Assembly (NCBI GenBank): GCA_963788175.1
Contig: CAWBFZ010000001.1
Coordinates: 323,880-387,879 of the forward strand
DNA from: Thermoanaerobaculia bacterium
GTDB taxonomy: Bacteria > Acidobacteriota > Thermoanaerobaculia > Multivoradales > JAGPDF01
Length of the DNA: 64,000 bases
Direction: 5' to 3'
The translations under genes and the position numbers were made by a program. The first letter of the stretch is position 1, and each line of letters starts with the position of its first letter. Below are positions 9,855 through 19,053 of this stretch, piece by piece. The notes under the pieces are model-generated. The model saw nothing but the letters and a program-made list of their open reading frames with translations. It made no database searches and had not been told where the DNA came from.

Positions 9855-10941
9855 CTAGAGAATTCTGAGCTCGGGCTCGTCCGGCCACGACTTCGCCGAT
9901 CTCGGCGGCACGGTGGCCGGTGGCGGCGAGGGCGGTGAGGATCGGGTCGACGCTCGCCTCCGGCACGGCGAGCAGGAGGCCGCCCGAAGTCTGGGGATCG
10001 AAGACCAGCGCCTGCTCGTCTTCGGCGCGTTCGCGCAACCACTTTACGTGCGGCGCAAGGTGGCGGCGGTTGGCGCTCGTCGCGCCGGTGGTGATGCCGG
10101 CCGCGGTGAGCTCGAAGAAGCGCGGATGGCACTTCAGGGCGGAGAAGTCGATCTCGAGCGCGACCTGCGAGTGGCGCGCGATGTTCCAGGCATGGCCGGC
10201 GAGGCCGAAGCCGGTGACGTCGGTGGCGGCGGCGGCGGCATGAAGCAGGGCGAGGCGCGCGCCCTCGGCGTTCGAGCGTTCCATCTCGACGAGTGCGGGC
10301 TCGAGACCCGCGGCATCGAGCGCACCGAACTTGAAGGCGTTCACCAGCGCGCCGCTGCCCAACGGCTTGGTCAGGATCAGGCGGTCGCCTGGACGGGCGC
10401 CCTGATTGGTGAACAGGCGGTCCGGATCGCCGTAGCCCACCACCGCGAGCCCGAACTTGAGCTCCTTGTCGCGGATCGAATGCCCGCCGAGGACAGCGGC
10501 GCCGGCCGCGGTGCAGGCGGCGGAACTCCCCGACAGTATGCCGGCCAGGACTTCCGGCGGCGCATCGGCCGGAAAGCAGCAGAGGTTGAGCGCGAAGAGC
10601 GGCCGTCCGCCCATGGCGTAGACGTCGGAGATCGCGTTGGTCGCCGCAATGCGGCCGAAGCGGAACGGATCGTCGCAGACCGGCGGGATGAAGTCGGTGG
10701 TGGCGATCAGCGCCTGGCCGCGAAAGAGCATCACGCCGGCGTCGTCGAGCGTCTCCGGTCCGACCAGCACCCGCGTGCCGGGCTCCGCGAAGTCGATGAG
10801 GCCACCCGGACCGTCCATCCGGACCAGTCCGGGTACAACGCCGAGCAAGGTGCGCAGGTCGCCCGGACCGATCTTGGCGGCGCAGCCGCCGGCCGAGGCG
10901 GCTTGCGAGAGGCGGTACGGAGGAGTGGAGATGTCGGACAT
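9855..10941 (-). pseudogene. selD: selenide, water dikinase SelD (Cys-type), C-terminal +1 frame break near 9880-9888
   Basis: MSDISTPPYRLSQAASAGGCAAKIGPGDL... is a full SelD-like sequence. The in-frame ORF has no stop and runs 796 aa antisense through the permease gene. Shifting one base near ..IGEVVA gives PDEPELRIL-stop at 9855-9857, a normal SelD length. Confidence 0.75.
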
Positions 10942-10968
10942 CGGAGGCGATCGGGCCGCGCCAGGCGG

Positions 10969-11478
10969 TCAGGCGGCGCGGCGGATGTCAGCGACGATCT
11001 TCAGGTGGTGATGGGTGTGGATGCCGAGGAAGCGCAGCCCCTGGAGGGCCGTGAGCCCGCCGAAATACGGATGCGGGAAGACCGGCTTGGGATCGGCGAG
11101 GAGGGCTTCGGGGAGCGTCCGCTCGCAGTAGATCTTGCGCAGGTGCGAGGCGCGTTCTGCGAGGTCGGCCGGGGCCTGCTCCGCGGGCAACACGCTCTTG
11201 GGCGACTTGCCGACGCCGCGCGGAATCCAGCCGGTGGCGAGAGTGAGATGCCCGAGGAGATTCATGCCGCGCGGCAGCGGCGCGGTCGAGTCGTCGAGCA
11301 GCCGCTTCCCGGCCTCGAGCACCTTGAGGACGTGATCGACCTGCTGGCCGATCGACCAGCGCGACACCCGCTCGACGCGGAGCTCGAGGAGCGCGGGCTC
11401 GAAGCGGACGATGCGGGTGATCTCGTCGAGATGCGCGGTGAGCTGCGCGACCGCAGCCTCGAGTCTGGCGTCGCTCAT
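10969..11478 (-). CDS. DinB-family protein
   Basis: Four-helix DinB-like pattern with His residues (QQVDHVLK ... HTHHHL). ATG at 11478 lies 4 nt after the upstream stop; an alternative start is at 11520. Confidence 0.7.
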   Translation of the reverse strand: MSDARLEAAVAQLTAHLDEITRIVRFEPALLELRVERVSRWSIGQQVDHVLKVLEAGKRLLDDSTAPLPRGMNLLGHLTLATGWIPRGVGKSPKSVLPAEQAPADLAERASHLRKIYCERTLPEALLADPKPVFPHPYFGGLTALQGLRFLGIHTHHHLKIVADIRRAA

Positions 11479-11482
11479 GGCG

Positions 11483-13732
11483 CTACGGACGGATCCCGGC
11501 GAGCTCGAGCATGAAGGCATAGTAGAGGGCGGTGTCCTTGAGGCGCTCGAAGCGCCCGGACTTGCCGCCGTGCCCGGCCTCCATGTTCGTCTTGAGCAGC
11601 AGCCAGTTCGAATCCGTCTTGTGCGCGCGCATTCTGGCGACCCACTTGGCGGGCTCGTAGTACTGCACCTGCGAGTCCCAGAGTCCGGTGGTCACGAGCA
11701 GGTTCGGATAGGCCTGCGCCTTGACCTGGTCGTAGGGGGAGTAGGAGAGCATGTAGTCGTAGGCGGCCTTGTTCCTCGGATCGCCCCACTCGTCGAACTC
11801 GTTGCTGGTCAGCGGAATCGACTCGTCCAGCATTGTCGTGATCACGTCCACGAACGGCACGGCGGCGATGACGCCGCGATAGAGGTCGGGGCGCATCGTG
11901 GCGATCGCGCCCATCAGCAGTCCGCCGGCGCTGCCGCCGAGCGCGAAGACGCGGTCGCGGGCGGCATAGTGCCTGGCCACCAACCCTTCGGTAACGTCGA
12001 TGAAGTCGAAGAAGGTGTTCTTCTTCCTCAGGAGCTTCCCGTCCTCGTACCAGCGGCGGCCCATCTCCTGCCCGCCACGGACATGCGCGATGGCGTAGAC
12101 GAAGCCGCGATCGACCAGCGAGAGGATGTCGGAGTCGAAGTACGGGTCGCTCGAATAGCCGTAGGAGCCATAGGCCTCGAGGAGCAGCGGCGCCTTGCCG
12201 TCGGGTGAGAACCCCTTGCGGTAGAGCAGCGAGACCGGCACCTGCGCGCCGTCGCGGGCCGGCAGGAAGAGGCGCTCGGTGGTGTAGGCCGCGGCGTCGA
12301 AGCCGCCGAGAACCGGTTGCCGCTTGAGGAGCGTGCGCTCGCCCGACTGCATGTCGATCTCGAAAGTCGAGACCGGGGTGCGGAGCGACGTGTAGCCGTA
12401 GCGCAGCCTGGACGTCGCCTGCTCGGCGTTCCCGGCCAGCCAGGCGGTCGAATCGGGCTCGTCGGACTCGACGTAGCGTTCGGCCGAACCGTCGAGCGGC
12501 TTTATGCGCAGCCGGCGAAGGCCGGTGGAGCGCTCCGCGATCGCCACGAAGCCGGGAAAAGCCTCGAAGTCGTCGATGAAGATGTCGTCGCGGTGCGCCA
12601 CCAGGTCGCGCCAGGTCGAGCGCTCCGCGGTGGTCGGCGCCGGCGCCAGCATGAGGCGGAAGTTCTTCGCCTGCCAGTTCGTGCGCACGACGAACACGTC
12701 GCCGAGGTCCTCGACGGAGTATTCGTGGTCGTGTTCGCGCGGCAGGAAGACGACCGGCGGCTCGGCAGGCCGCCCGGCGTCGATCAGGCGCACTTCCGAC
12801 GAAAGCGTGCTGCGGGAAGCGATCTGGATGAAGCGCCCGGACTTCGACTTGCCGATTTCGGTGTAGAAGGTCCGGTCCTTCTCCTCCCAGACGACCGGGT
12901 CGGCCGCCGGATCGTCGCCGAGCAGGTGCCGGCGGACCCGGAAGCCGAGGAGCGTCACCGGGTCCTTCTCGATGTAGAACAGGGTCCGGTTGTCGTTGGC
13001 CCAGACCACCTCGCCGGAGCAGTTGGCGATCGTTTCGCTCGAGCGCTCGCCGGTCGCGAGATTGCGCACATGGATCGTGTACTGCCGGCGGCTGACGGTG
13101 TCCTGCGTCCAGGCCAGGAGGCGACCGTCCGGAGTGACATCCCAGGCGCCGAGCTGGAAGTAGTCGTGTCCGCGGGCGAGCTCGTTGAGGTCGAGCAGCA
13201 GCTCCTCGGGGGCGCTCATCGCGCCCAGGCGCCGGTAGAGCCGATCGTACTCGTTGCCGGCGTCGAAGCGGCGGTAGTACCAGAAGCCGTTCTTGCGATA
13301 CGGCACGGAGTCGTCGTCCTGCTTCAGCCGCCCGACGAGCTCCTGGTAGAGCGTCGCCTGCAGCGCTTCGGTCGGCGCGAGGATCGCCTGGGTGTAGGCG
13401 TTCTCGGCGGCGAGGTAGGCCAACATCTCGGGGTTCTGGCGGGTGTCGTCGCGCAGCCAGTAGTAGTCGTCGACACGGGCGCGGCCGTGTTCCTCGAACC
13501 TGTGCGGCCGGATGGCGGCGCGCGGCGGTGCCCCTGGGGTCTGCGGGGCCGGCGGAAGTGGCTGGCTCGAGAGGGGCCCCGGCTCGGCGGCGAGCGGCCC
13601 GGATGCGGGGGAGGCTTGGGTGGGCGCGGTCATGTCGGGAGTGGCTGGACCCGCGAAGGCGGCGATCTCTCCGGCAGCGAGCATCGCGACGAGGAGCGGC
13701 AGCGGACGAAAGGCGCTCGATCGCGACGGCAT
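11483..13732 (-). CDS. ptrB: S9 family peptidase, oligopeptidase B-like
   Basis: Signal peptide, N-terminal propeller region, C-terminal catalytic domain with GGSAGGLLMG (Ser nucleophile) and ..EAGHGG. Confidence 0.85.
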   Translation of the reverse strand: MPSRSSAFRPLPLLVAMLAAGEIAAFAGPATPDMTAPTQASPASGPLAAEPGPLSSQPLPPAPQTPGAPPRAAIRPHRFEEHGRARVDDYYWLRDDTRQNPEMLAYLAAENAYTQAILAPTEALQATLYQELVGRLKQDDDSVPYRKNGFWYYRRFDAGNEYDRLYRRLGAMSAPEELLLDLNELARGHDYFQLGAWDVTPDGRLLAWTQDTVSRRQYTIHVRNLATGERSSETIANCSGEVVWANDNRTLFYIEKDPVTLLGFRVRRHLLGDDPAADPVVWEEKDRTFYTEIGKSKSGRFIQIASRSTLSSEVRLIDAGRPAEPPVVFLPREHDHEYSVEDLGDVFVVRTNWQAKNFRLMLAPAPTTAERSTWRDLVAHRDDIFIDDFEAFPGFVAIAERSTGLRRLRIKPLDGSAERYVESDEPDSTAWLAGNAEQATSRLRYGYTSLRTPVSTFEIDMQSGERTLLKRQPVLGGFDAAAYTTERLFLPARDGAQVPVSLLYRKGFSPDGKAPLLLEAYGSYGYSSDPYFDSDILSLVDRGFVYAIAHVRGGQEMGRRWYEDGKLLRKKNTFFDFIDVTEGLVARHYAARDRVFALGGSAGGLLMGAIATMRPDLYRGVIAAVPFVDVITTMLDESIPLTSNEFDEWGDPRNKAAYDYMLSYSPYDQVKAQAYPNLLVTTGLWDSQVQYYEPAKWVARMRAHKTDSNWLLLKTNMEAGHGGKSGRFERLKDTALYYAFMLELAGIRP

Positions 13733-13767
13733 CGGAATCCTCCGGGAGGCAAGCGCCGAGCAGAAAA

Positions 13768-13842
<75 letters not shown>

Positions 13843-13900
13843 CCGCTCTCGCGAGGTGAATGATTCTATGGGAGAGAGGCGCGAGGCGTCCAATCTTGCG

Positions 13901-15835
13901 CTAGTTTTCCGCCAGTCCGCGCAGGAAGGCGAGGTTCCGGGCCAGGACGGGATCGTGCGGGGCGAGACGGAGCGCGCGCTCCAGGGCGCTTGTCGCAGCC
14001 TCGCGGTCGGCCGCGAGGAAGAGCACGTTCGAGAGCAGGTGCCAGGGCCGGGGATGTCCGGGGGCGAGGCGTGTGGCGCGCTCGAGGAGCCGGCCGGCGG
14101 ACGCGAAATCACCCTGTTGCGCGGTGCGGCTGCCCTGTTCGCAGAGCGCCTCGACCTCGCTGGACAGCGGCGCCGGGGCGGCTGGAGCGAGCCGTGAGTC
14201 GATGCCGCGTAGCGCCGCGCGGGCGCGGGAGGCGTACGGATCGCGCACCAGCGCCTCGACGAAAGCCGCTCGCGCCGCCGCGGCGCGATCATGCCGCAGG
14301 CGATCCTGTCCCTCGTTCCCCCAGGCTCCACCCGCCATCTGCCAGTCGGTCGGCCGGATTTCGCGGAGTGGACGCGGCCGGAGCGCGAAGCCGCCGACGA
14401 GCAGCACTGCAACGGCCGCGACTGGAGCGAGCGCGAAACCGGGTGTCGGTCGCCGCCGGCGCCAGAGCTCGGCGCCGCCGGCGCCAGCCAGAACGAGCAC
14501 CACGACCGCCAGCGGTTGGCGCAACCGCGCCAAGGGCACGAAGGCGATCAGGCTCGTGGCGTAGAGCGCCGCCAGGGCGAGGAGCGGCGCCGCCGGGCGC
14601 GCGCGGCGGCGCGTCAGGAGCAGGCCGGCGAGCGCCAGGGGCAAGAGGGTGGGGTAGTCGAACGGCATCCACTGCAGAACCGGGTTCTCGCGCCGCCCGA
14701 GGTAGTAGTTGACGTTGTCTGCGATCTCGACCGGCCGGAAAAGAAAGGCGACCTTGCGCGCCAGGAGGTGCGCGAGCTCGCGCGGGTGAGCGGCGAGGTC
14801 GTGCGCCAGTTCGGCGACGAGATCGACTGCGGAATCGGGCAGCCGGATAGCCGTCAGCCTGAGCGCGTCGTAGGTCGGGGTCGTCGCCGGTACCTGCCCG
14901 CCGGCATCGTGGAGGTTGGCGATCAGGAGATTGAACGGGGCGCTCGCCGTCGCGGCGACGAGGCGCCCCGCGGCGAGACTCGCCCAGAGGACGACCGGCA
15001 GGAGCACCGCCGTTCCGCCGGCCATCACCCACCGGGCCGCGCCGCGCCGGCTTCTCGCCAGCCAGAGCGCGCTGCCGAGCCCGAGCAGCAGGAACTGCTC
15101 CTGGAAGAGGACGGCGAGGCCGAAGAGCGCGCCGACACCGAGTGCCGCCAGGCGATGGCGCGGGTTCGCTCGGTCCCATTGCGGCGGCAGGTGATCGAGT
15201 GCCACGACGAGCGCGACGAAGAAGAGCACCAGCCCGCTGGTGCGCAGCACCGTCGCTTCGAAGAAGATCCACGGCGCGTAGAGCGCCGCTCCCAGAGCTG
15301 CCAGCGCCGCGGCCGGCTCGCCGAAACGCCGCTCGGCGACCAGGAATACGCCGGCGATACTGGCCAGCCCGGCGGCGACCTGAAAGGTGCGGATCCAACC
15401 CGGCCCGCTGCCGACGAGCAGCGAGAGCAGCGCCAGCAGCGCCGGGTAGAGCGGCGCCTGCGGCGGCAGGTGGGGCTGCCGCGCGGCCCAGAACGCCCAT
15501 TCGTGCGGCGAGGTCGCGAGGTCGAGCCGTTCGCCGCGCGCCATCGCAGCGGCCCAGTCGAGGAAGAAGGCCTGATCGTCGAGGGCGTTCTGCAGGCGCT
15601 CGTGGCGCGGATAGGGCGCCAGCTGGATCTCGAACGCCAGGCGCGCGACCAGTCCGACCAACAGAGCGAACAGCAGCCAACGAGAGCGCAAGGAGAGCGC
15701 AGCATAACTGGCGGGCGGCGCCTGGCGACGCCTGCCGACGCCTGCTGGAGAGTGCCGGCGGCCGGCGCGTGGGCCGCGCGGGGTGCGAAGCGGGCGACAG
15801 GGCGCCGGTCTTTTTCTGTAGTACCGTAAGGGCAA
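13901..15835 (-). CDS. polytopic membrane protein, GT-C-fold (PMT/ArnT-like) glycosyltransferase-like, with C-terminal TPR domain
   Basis: More than 10 predicted TM helices and an acidic first loop (ALDDQAFFLDW). The C-terminal roughly 130 aa are TPR-like (..ALRLAPHDPVLARNLAFL). The start is uncertain because the first ~45 aa are Arg/Pro-rich. Confidence 0.6.
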   Translation of the reverse strand: MPLRYYRKRPAPCRPLRTPRGPRAGRRHSPAGVGRRRQAPPASYAALSLRSRWLLFALLVGLVARLAFEIQLAPYPRHERLQNALDDQAFFLDWAAAMARGERLDLATSPHEWAFWAARQPHLPPQAPLYPALLALLSLLVGSGPGWIRTFQVAAGLASIAGVFLVAERRFGEPAAALAALGAALYAPWIFFEATVLRTSGLVLFFVALVVALDHLPPQWDRANPRHRLAALGVGALFGLAVLFQEQFLLLGLGSALWLARSRRGAARWVMAGGTAVLLPVVLWASLAAGRLVAATASAPFNLLIANLHDAGGQVPATTPTYDALRLTAIRLPDSAVDLVAELAHDLAAHPRELAHLLARKVAFLFRPVEIADNVNYYLGRRENPVLQWMPFDYPTLLPLALAGLLLTRRRARPAAPLLALAALYATSLIAFVPLARLRQPLAVVVLVLAGAGGAELWRRRRPTPGFALAPVAAVAVLLVGGFALRPRPLREIRPTDWQMAGGAWGNEGQDRLRHDRAAAARAAFVEALVRDPYASRARAALRGIDSRLAPAAPAPLSSEVEALCEQGSRTAQQGDFASAGRLLERATRLAPGHPRPWHLLSNVLFLAADREAATSALERALRLAPHDPVLARNLAFLRGLAEN

Positions 15836-15861
15836 TACCCGCCAATGCCGGAGGTTCGGTC

Positions 15862-17265
15862 ATGAAAGTCTGTTGCCGAGGCCGCTCGCGCCGCCTCGAG
15901 TCCGCGTTGCTCGCCCTGTTGTGCTGCCTGCCCCCCGCCGCAGCCCAACTGCTGGGGCCGGAGTTCCAGGTCAACAGCTACACGACTCTCCCGCAGTACC
16001 GACCGGCGGTGGCCGCGGATACCTTCGGCAATTTCGTCGTCGTCTGGTCGGACGGCGCCCGGGAGTCGGGCGGGGTGTTCGGCCAGGGATTCGACGCCGC
16101 CGGCGCGCCGCTGGGCGGCGAGTTCCATGTCAACAGCTTCACGCCGGGCCAACAGCGGTATCCGGCGATCGCCGCGAGCGGTGCGAACAACTTCCTCGTC
16201 GTCTGGGACAGCGCCGGCGAGGACGGCTCGGCGCGGGGCATCTTCGGCCGGCGCTTCTCAGCGGCGGGCCTGCCGGTGGGGAGTGCGTTCATGGTCAACA
16301 CCTACACCACGGGATATCAGACCCTTGCTGCAGCGGCGACGGACAGCAACGGCTTCTTCGTCGTGGTCTGGAACGGCTCGGGTCCGACCGACGCCTACGG
16401 CGTGTTCGGGCAGCGGTTCAATCTGGCGGGCAGCACGGTGGGCGGCGAGTTTCGGGTCAACACCACCGTGCCCGACGGCCAGCAGGAGGCCGCGGTGGCC
16501 GCGGACGGCCTGGGCAACTTCGTCGTCGTCTGGGCGAGCAGCAGCCAGGACGGCTCGAACTTCGGTGTGTTCGGGCAACGCTTCAACTCGGTGGGCACGC
16601 CGTTCGGCGGCGAGTTCCAGGTCAACACCTACACCACGAATCAGCAGCGCGAGCCCGCGGTGGCGGCGGACAGCGCCGGGAACTTCGTCGTCTCCTGGAT
16701 CAGCTACGGCCAGGACGACGGGTCGGCCTGGGGCGTCTATGCGCAGCGATTCCTCTCGACCGGCGTCAAGGCAGGCTCCGAGTTCCGGGTCAACAGCTAC
16801 ACGACCAGCGGCCAGTTCATCTCCACGGTAGCGGCGGACGCCGCGGGCAATTTTGTCGTCCTGTGGGAAGGCGCCGGTGCGAGCGACAACGACGCCGTCT
16901 TCGGGCAGCGCTTCCACTCGGCGGGCGCCCCGGTAGGGGGCGAGTTCCGGGTCAACAGCTACACGACCGGAGGCCAGCGGCGGCCGGCGGTGGCGCCGAC
17001 CACGCAGGGCAACTTCGTCGTCACCTGGGAGAGCTACTACCAGGACGGGTCGAGTAACGGCGTGTTCGGGCGTCGCCTGACCACGACGGTCTTCGATCAC
17101 GGCTTCGAGACCAACCCGCCGTTCTGGAGCGCCACCACGGCCAACATGTGCGCCGGCTTCTGCGACTCGATCGCGCCGTCGGGCTGCTCTTGCGAGGCCT
17201 TCTGCGCGGCGAATTTCGACTGCTGCCTGGATGCCTGTCAGACCTGCGGCTACTGCGGACCCTGA
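15862..17265 (+). CDS. secreted seven-repeat (propeller-like) protein with somatomedin-B-like Cys-rich C-terminus
   Basis: Signal peptide ..LLCCLPPAAAQLLGP, then 7 units of EFxVNxYTTxxQxxPAVAxDxxGNFVVVWxSxxQDGSxxGVFGQRFxxxGxxxGx, then GFETNPPFWSATTA linker and CAGFCDSIAPSGCSCEAFCAANFDCCLDACQTCGYCGP. Confidence 0.8.
   Translation: MKVCCRGRSRRLESALLALLCCLPPAAAQLLGPEFQVNSYTTLPQYRPAVAADTFGNFVVVWSDGARESGGVFGQGFDAAGAPLGGEFHVNSFTPGQQRYPAIAASGANNFLVVWDSAGEDGSARGIFGRRFSAAGLPVGSAFMVNTYTTGYQTLAAAATDSNGFFVVVWNGSGPTDAYGVFGQRFNLAGSTVGGEFRVNTTVPDGQQEAAVAADGLGNFVVVWASSSQDGSNFGVFGQRFNSVGTPFGGEFQVNTYTTNQQREPAVAADSAGNFVVSWISYGQDDGSAWGVYAQRFLSTGVKAGSEFRVNSYTTSGQFISTVAADAAGNFVVLWEGAGASDNDAVFGQRFHSAGAPVGGEFRVNSYTTGGQRRPAVAPTTQGNFVVTWESYYQDGSSNGVFGRRLTTTVFDHGFETNPPFWSATTANMCAGFCDSIAPSGCSCEAFCAANFDCCLDACQTCGYCGP
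15961..17094 (+). repeat. 7 tandem ~160-bp coding repeats (protein-level ~54 aa)
   Basis: Repeat boundaries read directly from the translated sequence. The EF(Q/R)VN(S/T)YTT start motif recurs 7 times. Confidence 0.7.
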
Positions 17266-17433
17266 GCGCGAAGGACTCCTCCTCGGGCGTCGCGTTGGGG
17301 AGCGACTTTCAGATCAACGCTTTCACTTCCGGCGGCGGCCGGATCGCCGCCGGTCCCTACCTCCCGCCCGTTCAGGTGGTGCGACCGGCTGGGTGCGCTT
17401 GCTAGACATTTTGGTCCTCGAAAGTCCTCAGGT

Positions 17434-17441
17434 GAAGGAGG
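17434..17441 (+). promoter_or_regulatory. Shine-Dalgarno sequence GAAGGAGG
   Basis: 5 nt upstream of the ATG at 17447. Confidence 0.6.
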
Positions 17442-17446
17442 TTGCC

Positions 17447-18862
17447 ATGATCTCGCGCTCGCGAAGCTCTCGCATTTTCGGCCGGAGCAGTACTCTTGCA
17501 GCCAGCCTGGTCTTCGTCGGTCTCGGGTCGCACTCCGCGTCCGCGCAGTTGCTCGGGCCGGAGTTTCTGGTCAACACTTACACCACCAGTTCCCAATTCA
17601 ACCCGGCGATCGCAGCGGATGGCTCGGGCAACTTCATCGTCGTCTGGGCGAGCGCGGGTCAGGACGGCGAGGGCGAGGGCGTCTTCGGGCAGCGCTTCAA
17701 CGCCGCGGGCGGCAAGGTCGGCAACGAGTTTCAGGTCAACACCTACACCACCTCTGCCCAGTGGCACCCCGCAGTCGGATCGGACAGTGCGGGCAACTTC
17801 GTCGTGGTCTGGAGCAGCTACCGAGACGGCTCGGCCTGGGGCGTATTCGGACAGCGGTTCGACTCGATGGGCGACAGAGTGGGGAGTGAGTTCCAGGTGA
17901 ATTCCTACACCACGGGCTACCAGTGGAAGCCCGTGGTGGCGTTGGACGCCCTGGGCGACTTCGCTGTCGTTTGGGCGAGCCGGCTGCAGGATGGAGCGGG
18001 CGACGGCATCTTCGGGCAGCGTTACAGCCTGGACGGCAGTCGTTTGGGGAGTGAGTTCCAGGTCAACACTTTCACCACCAGCGACCAGGTGGCCAGTGCG
18101 CTGGCGGCAGGCGGCCTGGGGAGCTTCCTCGCGGTGTGGCAGAGCAACCTTCAGGACGGCTCGGGAAGCGGCATCTTCGGACAGCGGTTCAGTCTGGCGA
18201 GCGGCAGAGAAGGGAGCGAGTTCCAGGTCAACACTTACACGACCCTCGCTCAGCAACGGCCTGCGGTGGCAGCAGATGGCTCGGGCCAATTCGTCGTCGC
18301 CTGGTGGGCCATGGACCAGAACGCCTCGGGGGTGTTCGGGCAGCGCCTGAGCCCCGCAGGCAGTCCTGTCGGGAGCGAATTTCAGGTCAACAGCTACACC
18401 ACGGACTGGCAGCTCTATCCCGCAGTGGCGGCGGACGCCTCTGGCAACTTCGTTGTCACCTGGAACAGCTTGACTCAGGACGGTTCGGGCTACGGCGTTT
18501 TTGGGCAGCGATTCGATTCGGTGGGCTTGCCGGTGGGGGGCGAATTCCAGGTGAACGCCTACACGACGAGCGAACAGTCTCTTCCAGTAGCGGCGGCGGT
18601 CGCTCCGGGGAACTTCGTCGTGGTCTGGCAGAGTGTCGTTCAGGACGCGGGCGGCGGTGTCTTCGGGCGCCAGCTGACGACCTCGGTCTTCCGCCACGAC
18701 TTCGATGCGACGCCGCCGTTCTGGAGCGACACGACCGCCACGATGTGCTCGGGGCAATGCGGCGGGCAGTCGAACGCCGGCTGTTATTGCGACAGTCGCT
18801 GCGTCTCGCTCCGCGACTGTTGCCTCGATGCCTGCACCAGTTGCGGCTATTGCGCCCCCTGA
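17447..18862 (+). CDS. secreted seven-repeat (propeller-like) protein with somatomedin-B-like Cys-rich C-terminus (paralog of 15862..17265)
   Basis: Signal peptide ..GSHSASAQLLGP, seven repeats of the same consensus, linker DFDATPPFWSDTTA, and CSGQCGGQSNAGCYCDSRCVSLRDCCLDACTSCGYCAP. Confidence 0.8.
   Translation: MISRSRSSRIFGRSSTLAASLVFVGLGSHSASAQLLGPEFLVNTYTTSSQFNPAIAADGSGNFIVVWASAGQDGEGEGVFGQRFNAAGGKVGNEFQVNTYTTSAQWHPAVGSDSAGNFVVVWSSYRDGSAWGVFGQRFDSMGDRVGSEFQVNSYTTGYQWKPVVALDALGDFAVVWASRLQDGAGDGIFGQRYSLDGSRLGSEFQVNTFTTSDQVASALAAGGLGSFLAVWQSNLQDGSGSGIFGQRFSLASGREGSEFQVNTYTTLAQQRPAVAADGSGQFVVAWWAMDQNASGVFGQRLSPAGSPVGSEFQVNSYTTDWQLYPAVAADASGNFVVTWNSLTQDGSGYGVFGQRFDSVGLPVGGEFQVNAYTTSEQSLPVAAAVAPGNFVVVWQSVVQDAGGGVFGRQLTTSVFRHDFDATPPFWSDTTATMCSGQCGGQSNAGCYCDSRCVSLRDCCLDACTSCGYCAP
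17561..18691 (+). repeat. 7 tandem ~160-bp coding repeats (protein-level ~54 aa)
   Basis: EF(L/Q)VN(T/S/A)(Y/F)TT recurs 7 times at regular spacing. Confidence 0.7.
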
Positions 18863-19053
18863 TCACGGCCGCGCCGAGCGGGAATTCGCGGGCCATCGGA
18901 CGCTGTTCTCTGTGTTGTTGGCGAAGCGTCGGTTGGCGGGGCGTCATGCGGCTGCGGCGACACTGATCCGTAACCGGTCCGGCGCGACGAGGCTGATCGA
19001 AGGGGACTTCGGCGGCTGGTATACTGCACGAGCAGTCAGGGAGGTGTCCCCCT

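Noticed and set aside
8551-10941. 796-aa SelD fusion protein
   Set aside because: Beyond ~345 aa the ORF is antisense to the ABC permease and Arg/Asp/His-rich. A one-base shift yields a normal SelD C-terminus and stop at 9855.
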